Assembly: GCA_028534125.1 (NCBI GenBank)
Contig: CM052818.1
Span: 37,016,001 to 37,080,000, forward strand
Direction: 5' to 3'
Length of the DNA: 64,000 bases
Source of the DNA: Lama glama
Lineage: Eukaryota
Below are positions 37,883-50,770 of this stretch, piece after piece. The first letter of the stretch is position 1, and the number at the start of each line of letters is the position of its first letter. Made by a program: the position numbers and the translations under genes. The notes under the pieces were generated by a model. It was not told the DNA's origin. It ran no database searches and saw nothing but the letters and a program-made list of their open reading frames with translations.

Positions 37883-38041
37883 GGGGGAGGGTGTAGCTCA
37901 GTGGTACAGTGTGTGCTTAGCATGCACGAGGTCCTGGGTTCAGTCCCCAGTAACTCCCTTAAAATAAATAAATAAACCTAATTATCACCCCCTCCATAAA
38001 AAAAGAAAACAGAAAAAAAAATTAAATAAAATTTAAAAGAA
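37883..38041 (+). mobile_element. Camelid Vic-1-type tRNA-derived SINE
   Basis: gggggagggtgtagctcagtggtacagtgtgtgcttagcatgcacgaggtcctgggttcagtcccc plus A-rich tail; TSD aatagaggcca/aatacaggcca (37872-37882, 38042-38052). Confidence 0.9.
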
Positions 38042-38568
38042 AATACAGGCCAAAAGGCAGTGGGATGACATATTCAAAGTGCTGGATAACAAAAACAAAA
38101 ACCAAACTTGTCAAACCAAGAATCCTATTTCCAGCACAACAGACTTTTGCAAATGAAAGTAAGAGAAAAACATTTCTCATATAAACAAAATCTAAGAATT
38201 TATTGCTCGTGGAGCTGCAAGACATACGAAAGGAAGTTTTAAGGATAAAAACAAATGAACCCAGGCAGTAATTTGAAACCACATAAAAAAAGAGCAGAGA
38301 TAATTATGTTATTATAAAAGACAGTATAAAAGCATATTTCTTCCCCTTTCCTCTCCTAACTGATTTAAAAAGCAGTTTATTGAATGGTGTGTAGATAATT
38401 CTATTGTTGGAACTTTAACAGAGAGAAATACTATTTTTTGACAACACAAATACAAGGAGATAGGTGAGAGAAAAGCTATATTGGAATAAGGAAATAACAC
38501 TAGTTGGTAACTTGAATTCATAGGAACAAAGAATCAGAAATGGCAAATAAGAAGGTTAATATAACAAA

Positions 38569-38870
38569 TTCCTAATTCATCCCTCCCCCCATTTCCCCTT
38601 TTGGTAACATAAGTTAGTTTTCTCTGTCTGTAAGTCTATTTCTGTTTGGTAAATAAGTTTTTATTTATTATCATTTTTAAATAACAAGGTCCTAATTTAT
38701 TATACAGGGAACTACATTCAATATCTTGTAATAACGTGTAATTATAAAAAAGAATATATATATACATATATACATGTATGCATAACTGAATCACTCTGCT
38801 ATATACCAGAAACTAACACAATATTGTAAATCAACTATACTTCAGTAAAAAATGGAAAATATCAAAAAAT
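38569..38870 (+). mobile_element. 5'-inverted (twin-primed) cetartiodactyl L1 3' end
   Basis: 38570-38680 is antisense L1 3'UTR; 38681-38850 is sense 3'UTR ending aatcaactatacttcagtaaaa; TSD atataacaaa at 38559-38568 and 38871-38880. Confidence 0.82.
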
Positions 38871-41800
38871 ATATAACAAACTGTATAAATAAATATTTGT
38901 TCTCCTTTATTCTCTCAACTTCTTTAAAAGACATAAAATTTTATAAAGTCATATCTATGACAATGTATTTTGGTGTTTGTAGCTTATCTACATATAATAT
39001 GTGTACCGTTAACAACACAACAGGGAGAAAGAAGGTATAGGTTTACACAGGAGTAACATTGCTATGTCTCACTGTAATTAAATTGATGCAAATATGAAAT
39101 AGATTTATTTTCTGATCAATTAATATGTATCTGGTAAGCCCTAGAGCATCCACTAAGAAAATAACTTCCAAAAAGTGATAAAAGAATCATTAAAGGGGTT
39201 AAAATGTTACTTTGGAAAATATTTGCTTCATTCAAAAGGAAGCAGTAAAGAGAAATAAAGGACAAAAAAGATGTGAGACATATGGGGAAAAAACTAAAAT
39301 GGCAACCATAAATTCAACTATGAAAATAATAGCATTAAATGTGAATGGATTAAACAATCTGATCAAAAGACAAAGATTGTCAGACTGGATTAAAAAATAT
39401 GTTGTCTATAGGAGATACATTTTAAATTCAAATATACAAATAGAATAAAAGTAAAAGAATGGGAAAAGGTATATCACACACACATCAACTATAAGAAACC
39501 AAGAGTAGCTGTAACTAGTATCAGACAAAATAAACAAAAGGCAAAAAAATGTTACTAGAAATAAAGAGGGACATTGTATAATCATAAAGTATCAATCTAT
39601 CATGATGATATAACAATTAATATATATACACCTAACAACAGAACCGACAAATGCATAAAGCACAGACTGTTAGAACTATAGGAAGAAATAGATAATGCAA
39701 AAGTAACAGTTGGAAACTTTAATGATCTTCTTTCAATAATGGATAGAATATCTAGGCAGAAGATTAACAAGGAAATGGAAGACCTGAACAACAGTGTAAA
39801 CCAAATTGACCTAACAGACATCAGTAGAAACAGCAAGAGCCAAATAGACCCTCTTCTCAAGTGCACATGGAGCACTCTTTGGGATAGACCATACAGTAGG
39901 CCATGGAAAAAGCTTTGATAAGTACAAAGAATTAGAATCAAACTAAGTATACTCTCTGATCATATTATGAATGAAATTACAGATCAATAACAAAAAAAAT
40001 GAAAATTCACCAACATGAAAATAAAACAGCTCACTCCTGAATGATCAACGGATCAAAAAAGAAATGGAAGACAACTTAGAAAATACATTGAGATGAATGA
40101 AATTGAAGACACACATACCAAAATTCACCGCAGTGCTTAGAGAGAAATCTATAGTTTTGAATGCCTATATTAATTAAAAAAAAAAGATCTCAAAGCAATA
40201 ACCTCATCTAGCGTCTTAACATGCTGAAAGAAAGAGCACGATAAACCTAAAGCCAACAGAAGGAAGAAAACAAAGATTTGAGCAGAAATTAATGAAAAAT
40301 AGAAAATGATAGAGAATATAAATAAAAGCAAAAGTTGTTTCTTGGAAAACAACATCAAAATTGACAGATCTTTGGCTAAACTGACCAAGACAAAATAAAC
40401 AGAAAAGACTTAAATTACTAAAATCACTACAGTTCTCAGCGTTATGGAGGTCCTGGTCAATGAAGTAACACATACACAAAAAGACACACACACACACACA
40501 TTGATTGAGGGAAGATATAAAACTGTTACTATCTTCTTATAAAAATCATCAGAATCAACAAACTACTAGGACCAGTAAGAGAGTGCAGTTATGAAACAAG
40601 ATGACATAAAAATATAGTGTCCTATATCAGAAGTAACAAACTTGAAGATATGTAGAATATAAAGTGACATTTGCAGTATCAACAAAACCCTGCAGGATAT
40701 ATAAGGATTAATAAGGATTAATCTAATGCAGGATGTGTAAAACACAAATGGAAAAAGTTATTAAAGACATTTAAGGAGACTTCTTAAAAAGGAAAAAAAT
40801 ACACTGTTTATGAGTGGGGCATTCATGAAGATAATTCTCCCAAATTAATCTATGAGTGCATTCGGTGGCACTCTCCCCAGACAGCTCAGGTGGAAGGCTG
40901 CAGGGAAGGGCTGATACTTGCAGACCTGGCCTCATTCCTGTGAGATCCACGCCACAATGGGGAGAGGAACGGTGAAAAGAGAAAAGAGGGGAAAGAGGCC
41001 AAGGTAGGTATCTTACTGATCTCTCAGTTTACAGAGGGCCCAGAGGAGTGTACCGGGCACCAGGAACCAGTGGCAGTGAGTGACAGCAGTCACCAGCAGG
41101 GAGGGGTGGAAGCAGTCCCAGGCTTTGGGCGCACCTCTGTCAGTGACTCATGTCAGATGGCAGGTGACTTACTGAATGATGCTGAATGATGCAGGATCAC
41201 CATGTGCACAGTGAAGGTACTAATCCCCACCCCACCATCCTCCCAGGGTGGTCTGAAGATCTAATAACATAATGGAACTATTCCTTGAAAAATGTAAGAC
41301 ACTGTGTGACATTTGAGGTGACATACCAGCTGTCTTGCTAAAACACACAAAGTAACACTCAAGTTCTGATCATCAGAGACATCCAGGTTTCCTGTCTCTT
41401 GTGTCACTCCTCAGTACTGCAGTGGAAGACCTTAGTGAGGCTGGGGTTAAATTGGAATCAGCGCCCAATTTAATCATTTTAGTAACTTAGAGACTAGACA
41501 GAGAGCTAAGGAATGAGGTCTGCTTCCACTGTAGCTGCTCCTGAGTCGTGCCCGGCTCCCCGCACTCAGGGTGCCATCGGGGAATGGGCTGAGGGATTGT
41601 TGGTGCTGGTCCTGAGTATAATTGGGTAGACACTGTAGTCAGGGTCTCCCAAGTCAGTGCGGAGTGCATGCATACACTGATGGAAATCCCAATTAATTTG
41701 TATAGAAACCGGTTTTTAAAATGTCACTTTTGTTGGAATGGGATGATCTAGATAGAAGGCGACCTTTTCACAGCTGAAAAGCATTAGAGCAAGAACAGGA

Positions 41801-43271
41801 AGGTACACGGCAGTGTAAGTGGGGTAGCGAGCCGCTGGCATCCAGCAGGTAGCTGGGTTTACAGAGGAAAATGCTGAGCAAGGGGCAAGGCTTTTTCTGT
41901 GATTTAACAGAACTGGCTTTGCTGCACCAGCCCATCTGAAGAGGCTCCTTCCTCTACGGCGCAGACCTCTGATGTGGGTACATTGTGGGCTGGTAGACGG
42001 AGGTACTGAGACAGCCCCAAGGTCTGAGCAGCAGTTTATACATGGCTGTGGGTCAGGGACAAGAAGATTCTATGTGTTTGTAGTCAATTAGAACATTTTC
42101 CAGAGGGGATCGGAGTCACCAGCATGACTGGTCTCCTCCTCTCTGCTTTCCTGCCTTCGCCTGAGCATGGAGGCACAGGACAGCCAGGGGGAAGGCGCTG
42201 CAGAAATGGTGGGGTCACTCCGTTATCTGACACGCCCTACGAGGAGAACAGCCTGCTTCTGGCTATGGCCCAAGAAGGCTGCGGACAAGCTGCCAGAAAG
42301 ACTTTCAGTGCCACCCCTGCACGCAGTTTGGGAGCTGTTGTCCTGGAGGGACTGTTTTTGAAATTAAGATTTCAGATAAATTAAAAGCAAGTCCTCTGAT
42401 GAACCCTGGAAGTAAAAACCAGGTTAGGAAATGAATAAAAACCAATCTGAGTTAGAGAGGTACCAAGAGCATCTTGAAATGTTTTTTATTTTAAAATGTG
42501 GCTTTTTAGGACCCTTTCCTTCAGCCTTTCAGGTTTCAACTGTGCTATTCAAAAAGTGACATTTTATGATGGGGAATATTAAGCATACGCCAAGGCAGGC
42601 AGACTCTTTTAGGGAACCCCCATGTACTCCTCACCTGGTCTCCGTGGTGGTTCACTTAAACCAAGACTGCCCTGTCTGCTCACTAGGCACATTACCGCCC
42701 TCCCATGTTATTTTGAAGGAAATCTTGTAAATCCCATCATTTCCTCTATATCTTAATGTTTCTCTAAAGGAGAAATCATTTCTCCTCTTATAAATGAAAT
42801 AAACCTTTTGCTCATCCATCCAGGCCTGGGGGGAGATGAACCATGTGATGGATGTGGTCACACTTAGGTGAGGTCAGCCTCTTGAGTTCTTGACCTTGAA
42901 ACAAGCTTGAATAGAAAATGATGCATGTGTATGAGACCCTGTGCTGCGAGGGCCCCTCCCTAGTAAGTGCAGGAAGGTGCTTTGACAGTCAGCTGTGCCC
43001 AGCCAGGCTGTATTAACTGGGTCATTTAGCTCCAAGCAGACTTAAGTTACTAACCGCAGAGGAGGGAAAGAGAAATTAGGAGGTTTAGAGGAGTCACGGG
43101 AAAAGAGATGGGTTTTCGTTTAAGACATACTTTCACCGTCGCATAGGGCAGGGTGGGCTCAATTAGCAGTGGAAACCAATGCAGTCAGAACCAATGGCAG
43201 GTGTGCTTTCTTCACGCGTGGGGGACGGAGCCTGGCTGGACCTTTGTCCTGAGGCTGGAGGCCATCCTGAA

Positions 43272-43745
43272 TGGGATGGTTAAGTTTACGGGTTAATTTG
43301 ACTGGCCGAAGGGATGCTAGATAGCTGGTAAGACATTGTTTCTGGGTTGGTTTGTGAGAGTGTTTCTGGAAGAGATTAGAATGTGAGTCTGCAGACCGAG
43401 TGAAGAAGATTGCCCTCACTCAGCCCTCAGTCCAGTCTGTGAGGGGCCCAGGCAGAGCAACAGGCAAAGGAAGGCTTCTCCTCTCCCCTCCTCCTTTTTT
43501 TTTTTTTTTTCAGCTGGGACTTCTGTCTTCCTCCACCCTCAGACATGAGAGCTCATGGTCCTCAGGCCTTTGGCCTTGGACTCACTATAACACTGGCTTT
43601 TCCTGACTTCCCACCTTGCAGAAGGTAGATTGTGGAGCCTCTCAGCCTCCATCACTGCGTGGGCCAGTTCCTGTGGTAAATCTCCTCTGGTATTTCTCTC
43701 TGTATCCCACTGGATCTGCTTCTCTGGGGAACCCTGACTGATGCC
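43272..43745 (+). mobile_element. MLT2-type ERVL LTR
   Basis: gatggttaagtttacgggttaatttgactgg..gatagctggtaagacattgtttctggg..ttctctggggaaccctgactgat. Confidence 0.88.
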
Positions 43746-46639
43746 CTGCGTCCTGGATCACTGCCTTCCCTCTCACTCGGTCCTTGGGGTCCAGGATCAG
43801 CAGTAAGGAGGGCAGAGGCTGAGTGTGCCCATCTCCAGGCTTGTCTTCCTAAGGTAGGGTGGGCTCTGCTGACAAGGGCTTGTCCCTGCTCTTTCATTCT
43901 AGTGTCTACCCACAACAAGCCAGTGTGTTAACTGTGTTCATTCCTACTTCACAGTGGGTGTGCTGGTGAAGCCGCGGGTGGGAGAGCAGGGCTCGCAGGG
44001 TTGGAGGTGTAATCTAAGGCCATTAAACCTTGTAGGTTTAATAATTTCAGAAATGTCTTTCTGTCTCTGGTTCTTGCATTCCAAAGATGAACTATCCTTG
44101 GATGGGGCCGTCAGGCAGCCTTGTTCCAGATGAAACAGTGCTCCTTCTGAGTGGGGCCAGCTCCAAAATGAATCTGTGCCTGGAAAAAGTGGGTGTCACA
44201 CTGATGATCATGAGATTCAAGTCCCAGCTGGGAAGATGAGACCCAAGGACCCCGGGCTCTAGTCTTCTGTGGAAGCTGGGATCTCAGTCGTTGTAGCTCT
44301 CACAGGAGGATAAGAACCACCACCATTTCTCAGACCTAGAGGGACTTTGCCATCAGGAAGTTCTCCAAGCCCCATAGAGAAGAAAAAGCACAGGGGTGGA
44401 AGTCAGAAGACGTGCATTTGAGCCCCAGATCTGCTGCTGGTTGACTTTGGGACGCTCGATTTCTCGCCTGTGGAAAGGGAAAATTAGTAGAAGTATTTGG
44501 GAGGTTGTTGTGTAGACAAATTAGGTCATGTAATCTTTAAGATCAGAACATGTTTTATTGTTTTTTTGTTGTCATTGTTATTTAAAAAGTCACTGGATTT
44601 CTGTCACATATGACAGTGGTCTGTCTCTCTCAGTAGCGTGATGATACTACATCCAACAGCTCGAAAAGGACCGTTCCACTCCTGCTATTTATTGGCGATA
44701 ATTTTTTTTATTGGCTACAATTTTAACAAAGAGGACCGCTGCTTCCTCCCTCCCACTCTTAAAATAATGTGGAAGATAAAGAATGTCCCTGACAATTAGT
44801 TCTAGCAACACCCGTGCTAAAATCATTCTCATTTTGATTTCCTGGCCCCAACCCAATCCTTCCTGAGTGGGCTGGCTGCAGTTTTTCTTTCCTTAGCTTT
44901 TCTTTTCCCCGAGGACACAGAATATTTGCAAGGCACAACATTTTCCTTTAAAAAAGATTTCCCCTAAAATCTGAATGTTATTAATGGATCACTCCTGGAA
45001 GACACTGACCCAAATATCAGACAGTCTAAAAACCATACAGTCATGTAATGGCCTTCGACTTCTCCCCTCTGCTCTTCTTCTTGTCCTTGGATACATAGAA
45101 TGTGTTCAGAAAGTCACATCACGGTGCTCAGCAACAGTACTTGACAGTGTATTGTTTTATATTTTCTTGCCAACCTGATGATGGATGAGAAGGAACTGAA
45201 ACTCACTTATGAAATCCTCAGCTGTTTCACAGTAAATACAGTTTCTTAACAATAGGGTTCATTTATTCATTTATGCATCAACAGCTTTTTGAGGGTCTAC
45301 AGTGTGCCAAGCCCTTTGCTAAACATTGTAATACAAAAGTAAGAAATTCAGGTTCTTGGCCTCAAGGAGCCGATATCTAGGAAGGAGGTGGAAAATAAAT
45401 AGAAAGATAGAAAAACATGAGAAAACAAAGGAAGGAGTGGGGGATTTTGCCTGGAAGGATGGAGACGGCTTCCGGGCTCAGCTCCCGTCTTGCTGCTCCG
45501 CACCTGCAGGGCACTTTTTTCACATCCAGCCTCTGCCAGTTCCCACACACCTCACTTCTGAGTCTGCTGGCCTGGACACTCCTCATCTGAAGGTGGACTT
45601 GGCCGCTTCTCATCTTTTGATGTCATACCTCTCATTTGCACTTTCCCTAGCACAGGAATTATGTCTTATATCCTTTGGATGCTGGTTCTAAGGGGTTCTA
45701 AAGTATTTCCAAGGAATATCAGTGAGAAGGGGGGCAGAAGATCACTGAATCTAACCCCTCTTCCCTCCCCTCTCCTCCCTCCCTCGTCTCTCCAGCTGGC
45801 AAGGCTGCATGAGCTGGGGCTCAGAGTCCCGCTGCTGCTGAGACTTGCCTGAGGAAGTGTGAGGACATGGACCCAAGGGGCCATTATACCCGGGTCCTCC
45901 CTAAACACCTAATAGGAGCTTATCTCTGTGGTTGGCCATGCAGAACCACCCTAGAGGTGGGGCGGGGGTGGGAGAGTGGAGGAACTGTAGGGCTGGAGAA
46001 CCAGAAATTATCAGAACAAAAAGTTACATGTTCAGCCCTGTGCTGGGCCTTGCTGAAATTGGGGGTTGGGGGTGGGCATGGCCTTCCAGGAGCCCTAGCT
46101 GTGCAGGTTTAATGTGTGCTCAGAGCCTAGAGAGGGTCAGAAGTTGATGGGCTTAAAGGGGCTCAGAGGGTTGAAGGCTCTCTAGTCTTCAGTGGTCAGA
46201 GAAGATTCTACAAAGAAGGTGGGACAGACAGGTGAAACGGGGCTCAAACTTCTGAGGGATTTTGGTGAGGCTGAGGGGATTATGTGATGTCACTTTTGCA
46301 TACCTGGATTCTTCAAGGTTTAGAGGTGGTGCTTTGTAATATTAACTGATTGATCCATTCGTTCTGGGTTGAGTCTAAGACTGGAGTGAATTCTAAGATC
46401 TCTTTTCATTTCACTGCTATACTTTCTCATTGTATTTCTTTCCTTTGCCCTAAAATGGAGACATTAGACTCTCTCTATGTTTAATTAGATTTTCTGAAGA
46501 AAATCCGATGGATAATCATTCTGAATGACACTCTACAGCAAAAGGTTTATCTCGCCAAGTGTTGGACATAGGATACTCAGAACAAAGGCTTGAAACTGCC
46601 ACCCTCATGTGAATGATTCTCCATCTAGGGCTCAACCAT

Positions 46640-47460
46640 ATCTTTGGCCGATTTATCCAGTTGTTTGCTGAATTTCCACCTGGATATCCCGCAGAGACCT
46701 CAAAGTTAACATGTTTGAAGCTTTCTGTTGTATCTGTCATCTCCCCACCCCTAACACACCCTCATCCTAGACCGCCTTCCTCAAAAGCAGTGCACCCAAA
46801 ACGCTGGGGTCATCTCCGACTCTGCCTGCTGCCTTCCTCACCCTTTACCTAGAGCCGGTATCTAAGCTCCACACCTGTAGCTGCTTAATCACTCAATCCC
46901 ACCCCTTCTCCTCACCTGTCCCTGCAACTTTAGCCAAGATTCCTCTGCATGTTGCCTAGATTATTCAGTAGAACATGGATTGGGATGCTTGCCCTGAAAT
47001 AAAAATTTGATCCATCAGCCCCTAGCTTAAACACCCATCTGTGGGTTTGTCTGCAGTTGAAAACCAACTTCGTGTGGCTTACTTTCTCCCTCCATCCTCG
47101 TTTCCATCCTCACATCCCCTTTCCCTCAGAAAACTCTTCATGATCTTGAACTTGCCCGCCTTCTTGTCTCTGCATGTACCTGTAAGTATGCTTGTTGTAT
47201 TATCTCTCCCTCACGTCTATATCTGGAAAAACTGGTGTCCAGGACCTACCCTCCTGTCTTTACTGAAGCCTTCTTTGACTGCTCCAGCAAGAGTGCCCCC
47301 GTCATGTGGGTTTTGGTGCCACCTTGGGTTACTACGTTTTACCATGACTGTATTTAAATTTGTATGATGATGATCTGTCCAACTGAGAGGGAAGGGATTA
47401 CTGTCTTATCCATCATGGAATCTGCTTAGCTGAATACTCTAGTGTTTGTTAATGGTTAAA
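46640..47460. mobile_element. L2 LINE fragment(s)
   Basis: tccacctggatatcccgcagagacctcaaagttaacatgt..ctggggtcatctccgactc..gcctagattatt is typical L2 text. Confidence 0.7.
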
Positions 47461-49254
47461 ACAGAAAAGGGTCTTAGATCTTAAAGAGTTTAATTCCTTT
47501 TAAATTCATTTATTTACTCATTCATTCATTCGCTCCCTGTGCAAACATTCACTGAGTACCTACTATGTGGGAACTCGCTCGCTCTCTCTAGGCAACAAAG
47601 CCTTGATTAAACAGACATGAAAGAGAAACAGCTGCCAATCTTTCCTCCAGGAAGCTCTGCTCCACAGGACTTCATTTAAGGATCCTGGAGCTTCAGTTTT
47701 CTTTCGTCAGCTTTTTCCTTAATGGCCAAACTCGTGGTGGCAGTGACAATGGATTCTGCATTAGTATTAAAAATTTATTCAATAAATAATGGATTAGAAC
47801 CTCTGTTTAATAATTATTAATGCACTGCAATTTCAGCTGCCCAAATCTCAAGATGTTTTAAACATAACTAATTGAAAACACAATTAACAGCAACTTGCCG
47901 AAATAAATCCGGAAGGCAAAACATCCTTGAAAGCCTCAGACTATAAAAGCAAAAATCCAAAAGCAGCCCCTTCCTCATATTCCCCTAAGAGGCAGGGTTC
48001 ATGCTGGGCTCCAGCGGAAACTCTGGTAGCAGATGGTGGCACTGGGCTGGGTTTGGGACTTGAAAGTTGGCTTACTAACAGCTTCTCTGCAGCTACTGAA
48101 ACTTGAGGTGACCACTTCATTATGCCTGGAGGCAGGGGGGATCTGCCTGACCAGGATGCTGTACTCAGGCACTTATATCATTCAGGCCCTTAGAGCGAGG
48201 CAGATTCAGCCACCTTGTTGCACACAAACTCAGCAAAGCAAAGGCCAGTCCCTGGGGTCTGGCAGTGCATGGAGTGGGGCGCCGTCTCAAGTTAGGTCAC
48301 AGGGTGAGTGAGTGTCAGAACTGTGGCTGGAAAACCTGGGCTCCCAGCATCAAATGCTCCCAGCATCACAACCACCAGCCCTGATGCCTCCCACATTCTT
48401 TCTGGGGCTGGTTCTGCTTCTCCTGACTCATCCCAGGTGGTGCATCTGCGTCTCTGGATCGAGGGTCTAAGACAAGGGCCCCTGGACTTTCTTGCTTCAA
48501 CAACAGTTAGCAAAAGTAGGAAATGCATCGAGACATTTATAGGATGAGCCCTGGATTGACCGTTGGACACTGGAATCCCAGAAGGGCACTGAAGAAAGAC
48601 CTTGGCCTTTGGGTTGGGTTTAGCATGGGTAAGCATGGATCTTTTCCTCCACTTTTCAGCTTTTTATACCTGTTCCTACCTCACTCTCTACCCCAGGGAC
48701 TTTTGGACCCGGATACATTGGCCTCCTCGCTTTTTATTAATCCTTTGTATGTTTTTGTTTATTTGTTTTTTGTTTGTTTTGTGTGTGTGTGTGTTAAGTA
48801 TTCAGTGAGACATTGTAAGGAAATTTATCAACAAAGCTGGCCGGTGGCAGGCCCTCAGCTCAACACAGGGTAATTCCCCTTCCACTCCCGGCCTTGTCCA
48901 CTGCACCTGCATGTTTAATCCATCTCCAAGATTCTAAATGCTGCTGTGGGCATGCTTTCAACAGAACAATGTGGTTATTGAACACATGGATGTTATTCCT
49001 GAAGAACAGGAGGTTGCTAAGGAGCAAACTATCCCATTCAGGGGATCCGTCTGGAGGGGAGCTTGGCTGGAACTTGAGGTATGAAGAGGACAGTAATGGA
49101 TGTGACCAGAGAAACCAGATGGGGATGTACTGCAAAGTACCCAGAGAGCCAGGCTAGCATGTTTGCCCTTCGTTTTAAGAGAGACGATGAAGAATTTTTA
49201 AGCTGGAAAGTAGCATGGATTTTAGTTTAATCTGTGTGCTGTCGAGCAGTGAAT

Positions 49255-49630
49255 TCGTAAACTCTTGTGTGCATCAGGATAATTTGGGAGGCGGGTTAAA
49301 ACTCGATTGCTGCTACTATGTATAAAATAAACAACAAGTTTCTTCTGTAGGGCACAGGGAACTATATTCAACATCTTGTAGCTACCACAATGACAAAATA
49401 TGAAAATGAATATATGCATGCATATGTATGGATGAAACATTATGCTGTACACAAGAAGTTGACACAACATTGTAAACTGACTATACTTCAATTAAAAAGA
49501 AAAAAAAGAAACCAATTGCTGGACCCCATGTCCCTAGTTTCTGATTCAGTAGTCTCGAGAATTTGCATTGCTATCAAGTTTCCAGGTGATGTCGATGCTG
49601 CCGGCCCAGGGACTAGGCTTTGGAAACCAT
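49255..49630. mobile_element. MER5A split by a cetartiodactyl L1 3'-end insertion (~49313-49510)
   Basis: MER5A halves (gtgcatcaggataatt..gattgctg / gtttctgattcagtag..ccaggtgatgtcgatgctgc) flank an L1 3'UTR (cacagggaactatattcaa..actatacttcaattaaaa). Confidence 0.75.
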
Positions 49631-50032
49631 TTGTGTAGAGGATGGCCTGGAGGTGGGTAGGCCTGTAGGCATGGAGTTGTTTAGGAGACTGACACACTAA
49701 CCCAGCTGTAAGATGCTGTGACTCTGATTTAAAGCAAGAGCCGGGACTCTAGAAAGAAGGGGAGATATCACAGAAGAGTCACTAAGAGTTGGTAGCCCAA
49801 CAGGGTGAGTGGGGATGATAGGAGAATCTTGGAGGTTTTTCTAACTGGGGACCTGAAAGAATGATGGCGTGAGCAGAGGCTTCCTGGTCAGGATGAAGGA
49901 CAATTATTTGGCTGATGATTCGCAGGTACAAGTGCAACAGGAAACCTGAGGGTCTGCAGCTACTTCCTACCTGAGACCTCGACTGTGGCAGTGGCCCGCA
50001 TGAGTGATATTTCTAGGAGGGGACCCCCAGGC

Positions 50033-50145
50033 TGGGGCTAGGGTGAATCAAGCGAGGAGGTATCACTCAGGGTTGTACAACCTTGTCTGACCCCAGCTGT
50101 GAGCACCTCATTAAAATTTGTGCCCCAGGGACCTTGTTTGACTCA
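50033..50145. mobile_element. MER91A-like hAT MITE
   Basis: gggctagggtgaatcaagcgagg..cactcagggttgtacaa..ttaaaatttgtgccccagg. Confidence 0.55.
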
Positions 50146-50169
50146 GATGCCTTGTTCAACTCACTCTGA

Positions 50170-50292
50170 TTTACTTTTTATTTTTGAGGGGAAGGTAATT
50201 AGGTTTATTTATCTTAATGGATGTACTGGGGACTGAATCCAGGACCTTGTGCATGATAGGCAGGCACTCTGTCCCTGAGGTATAACCTCCCC
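50170..50292 (-). mobile_element. Camelid Vic-1-type SINE
   Basis: Antisense ggggaggttatacctcagggacagagtgcctgcctatcatgcacaaggtcctggattcagtccccag plus the same tail motif (aataaacctaattacc). Confidence 0.85.
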
Positions 50293-50729
50293 ACTGTGTT
50301 CATCTCACTCTAGCACTAAGGTTTGGTGAAGCCATTGCTCCAAGCCTGTAAGGGGCCTGGTGAGCAGCAGGGTGAGGCGGAGGGCTGTGAACCCCAACTA
50401 TATATTGAATCCAATGCGGTTCAGTCCGCATTGGAACACAGTCATATCCCATCATCCTTTTATCATAGGGTCCCACACACCTGGACGTGGCTTGTAGCAA
50501 TCCGAATTTTGTATCCACAGGACTTGAATGGGGCTGGTCAATGGAGACAGAGGGCTAGGGAGCCTTACAAAGCCATAGTGCCCTCTCTGGATAAGGTGGA
50601 GACAATCTTCAGATGCTGGCAGTGCCTGTGTTCTGCACCAGCTGAGCCAATGAACAGATCCAGCTGTTCTCTGGAAGGGCAAAGAGAGAGTCTTGTAGCA
50701 TCTTTCTTGAGCAAACTTTTAAACGTATT

Positions 50730-50770
50730 TTGTTGTTGTTGTTGTTTGTTTTTGTTTCTGTTTTTGTTTT
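50730..50770. repeat. (GTT)n/(GTTT)n simple repeat
   Basis: Directly visible. Confidence 0.9.

Larger units (their letters stand above)
35205..40430 (+). mobile_element. Long decayed L1 (old L1M-type 5'UTR, ORF1, 5' part of ORF2) hosting several nested insertions
   Basis: ORF1-like text at ~37260-38280; ORF2 start MATINSTMKIIALNVNGLNNLIKRQRLSDWIKK at 39299. Further L1 RT/3' fragments follow to ~40860. Confidence 0.92.
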
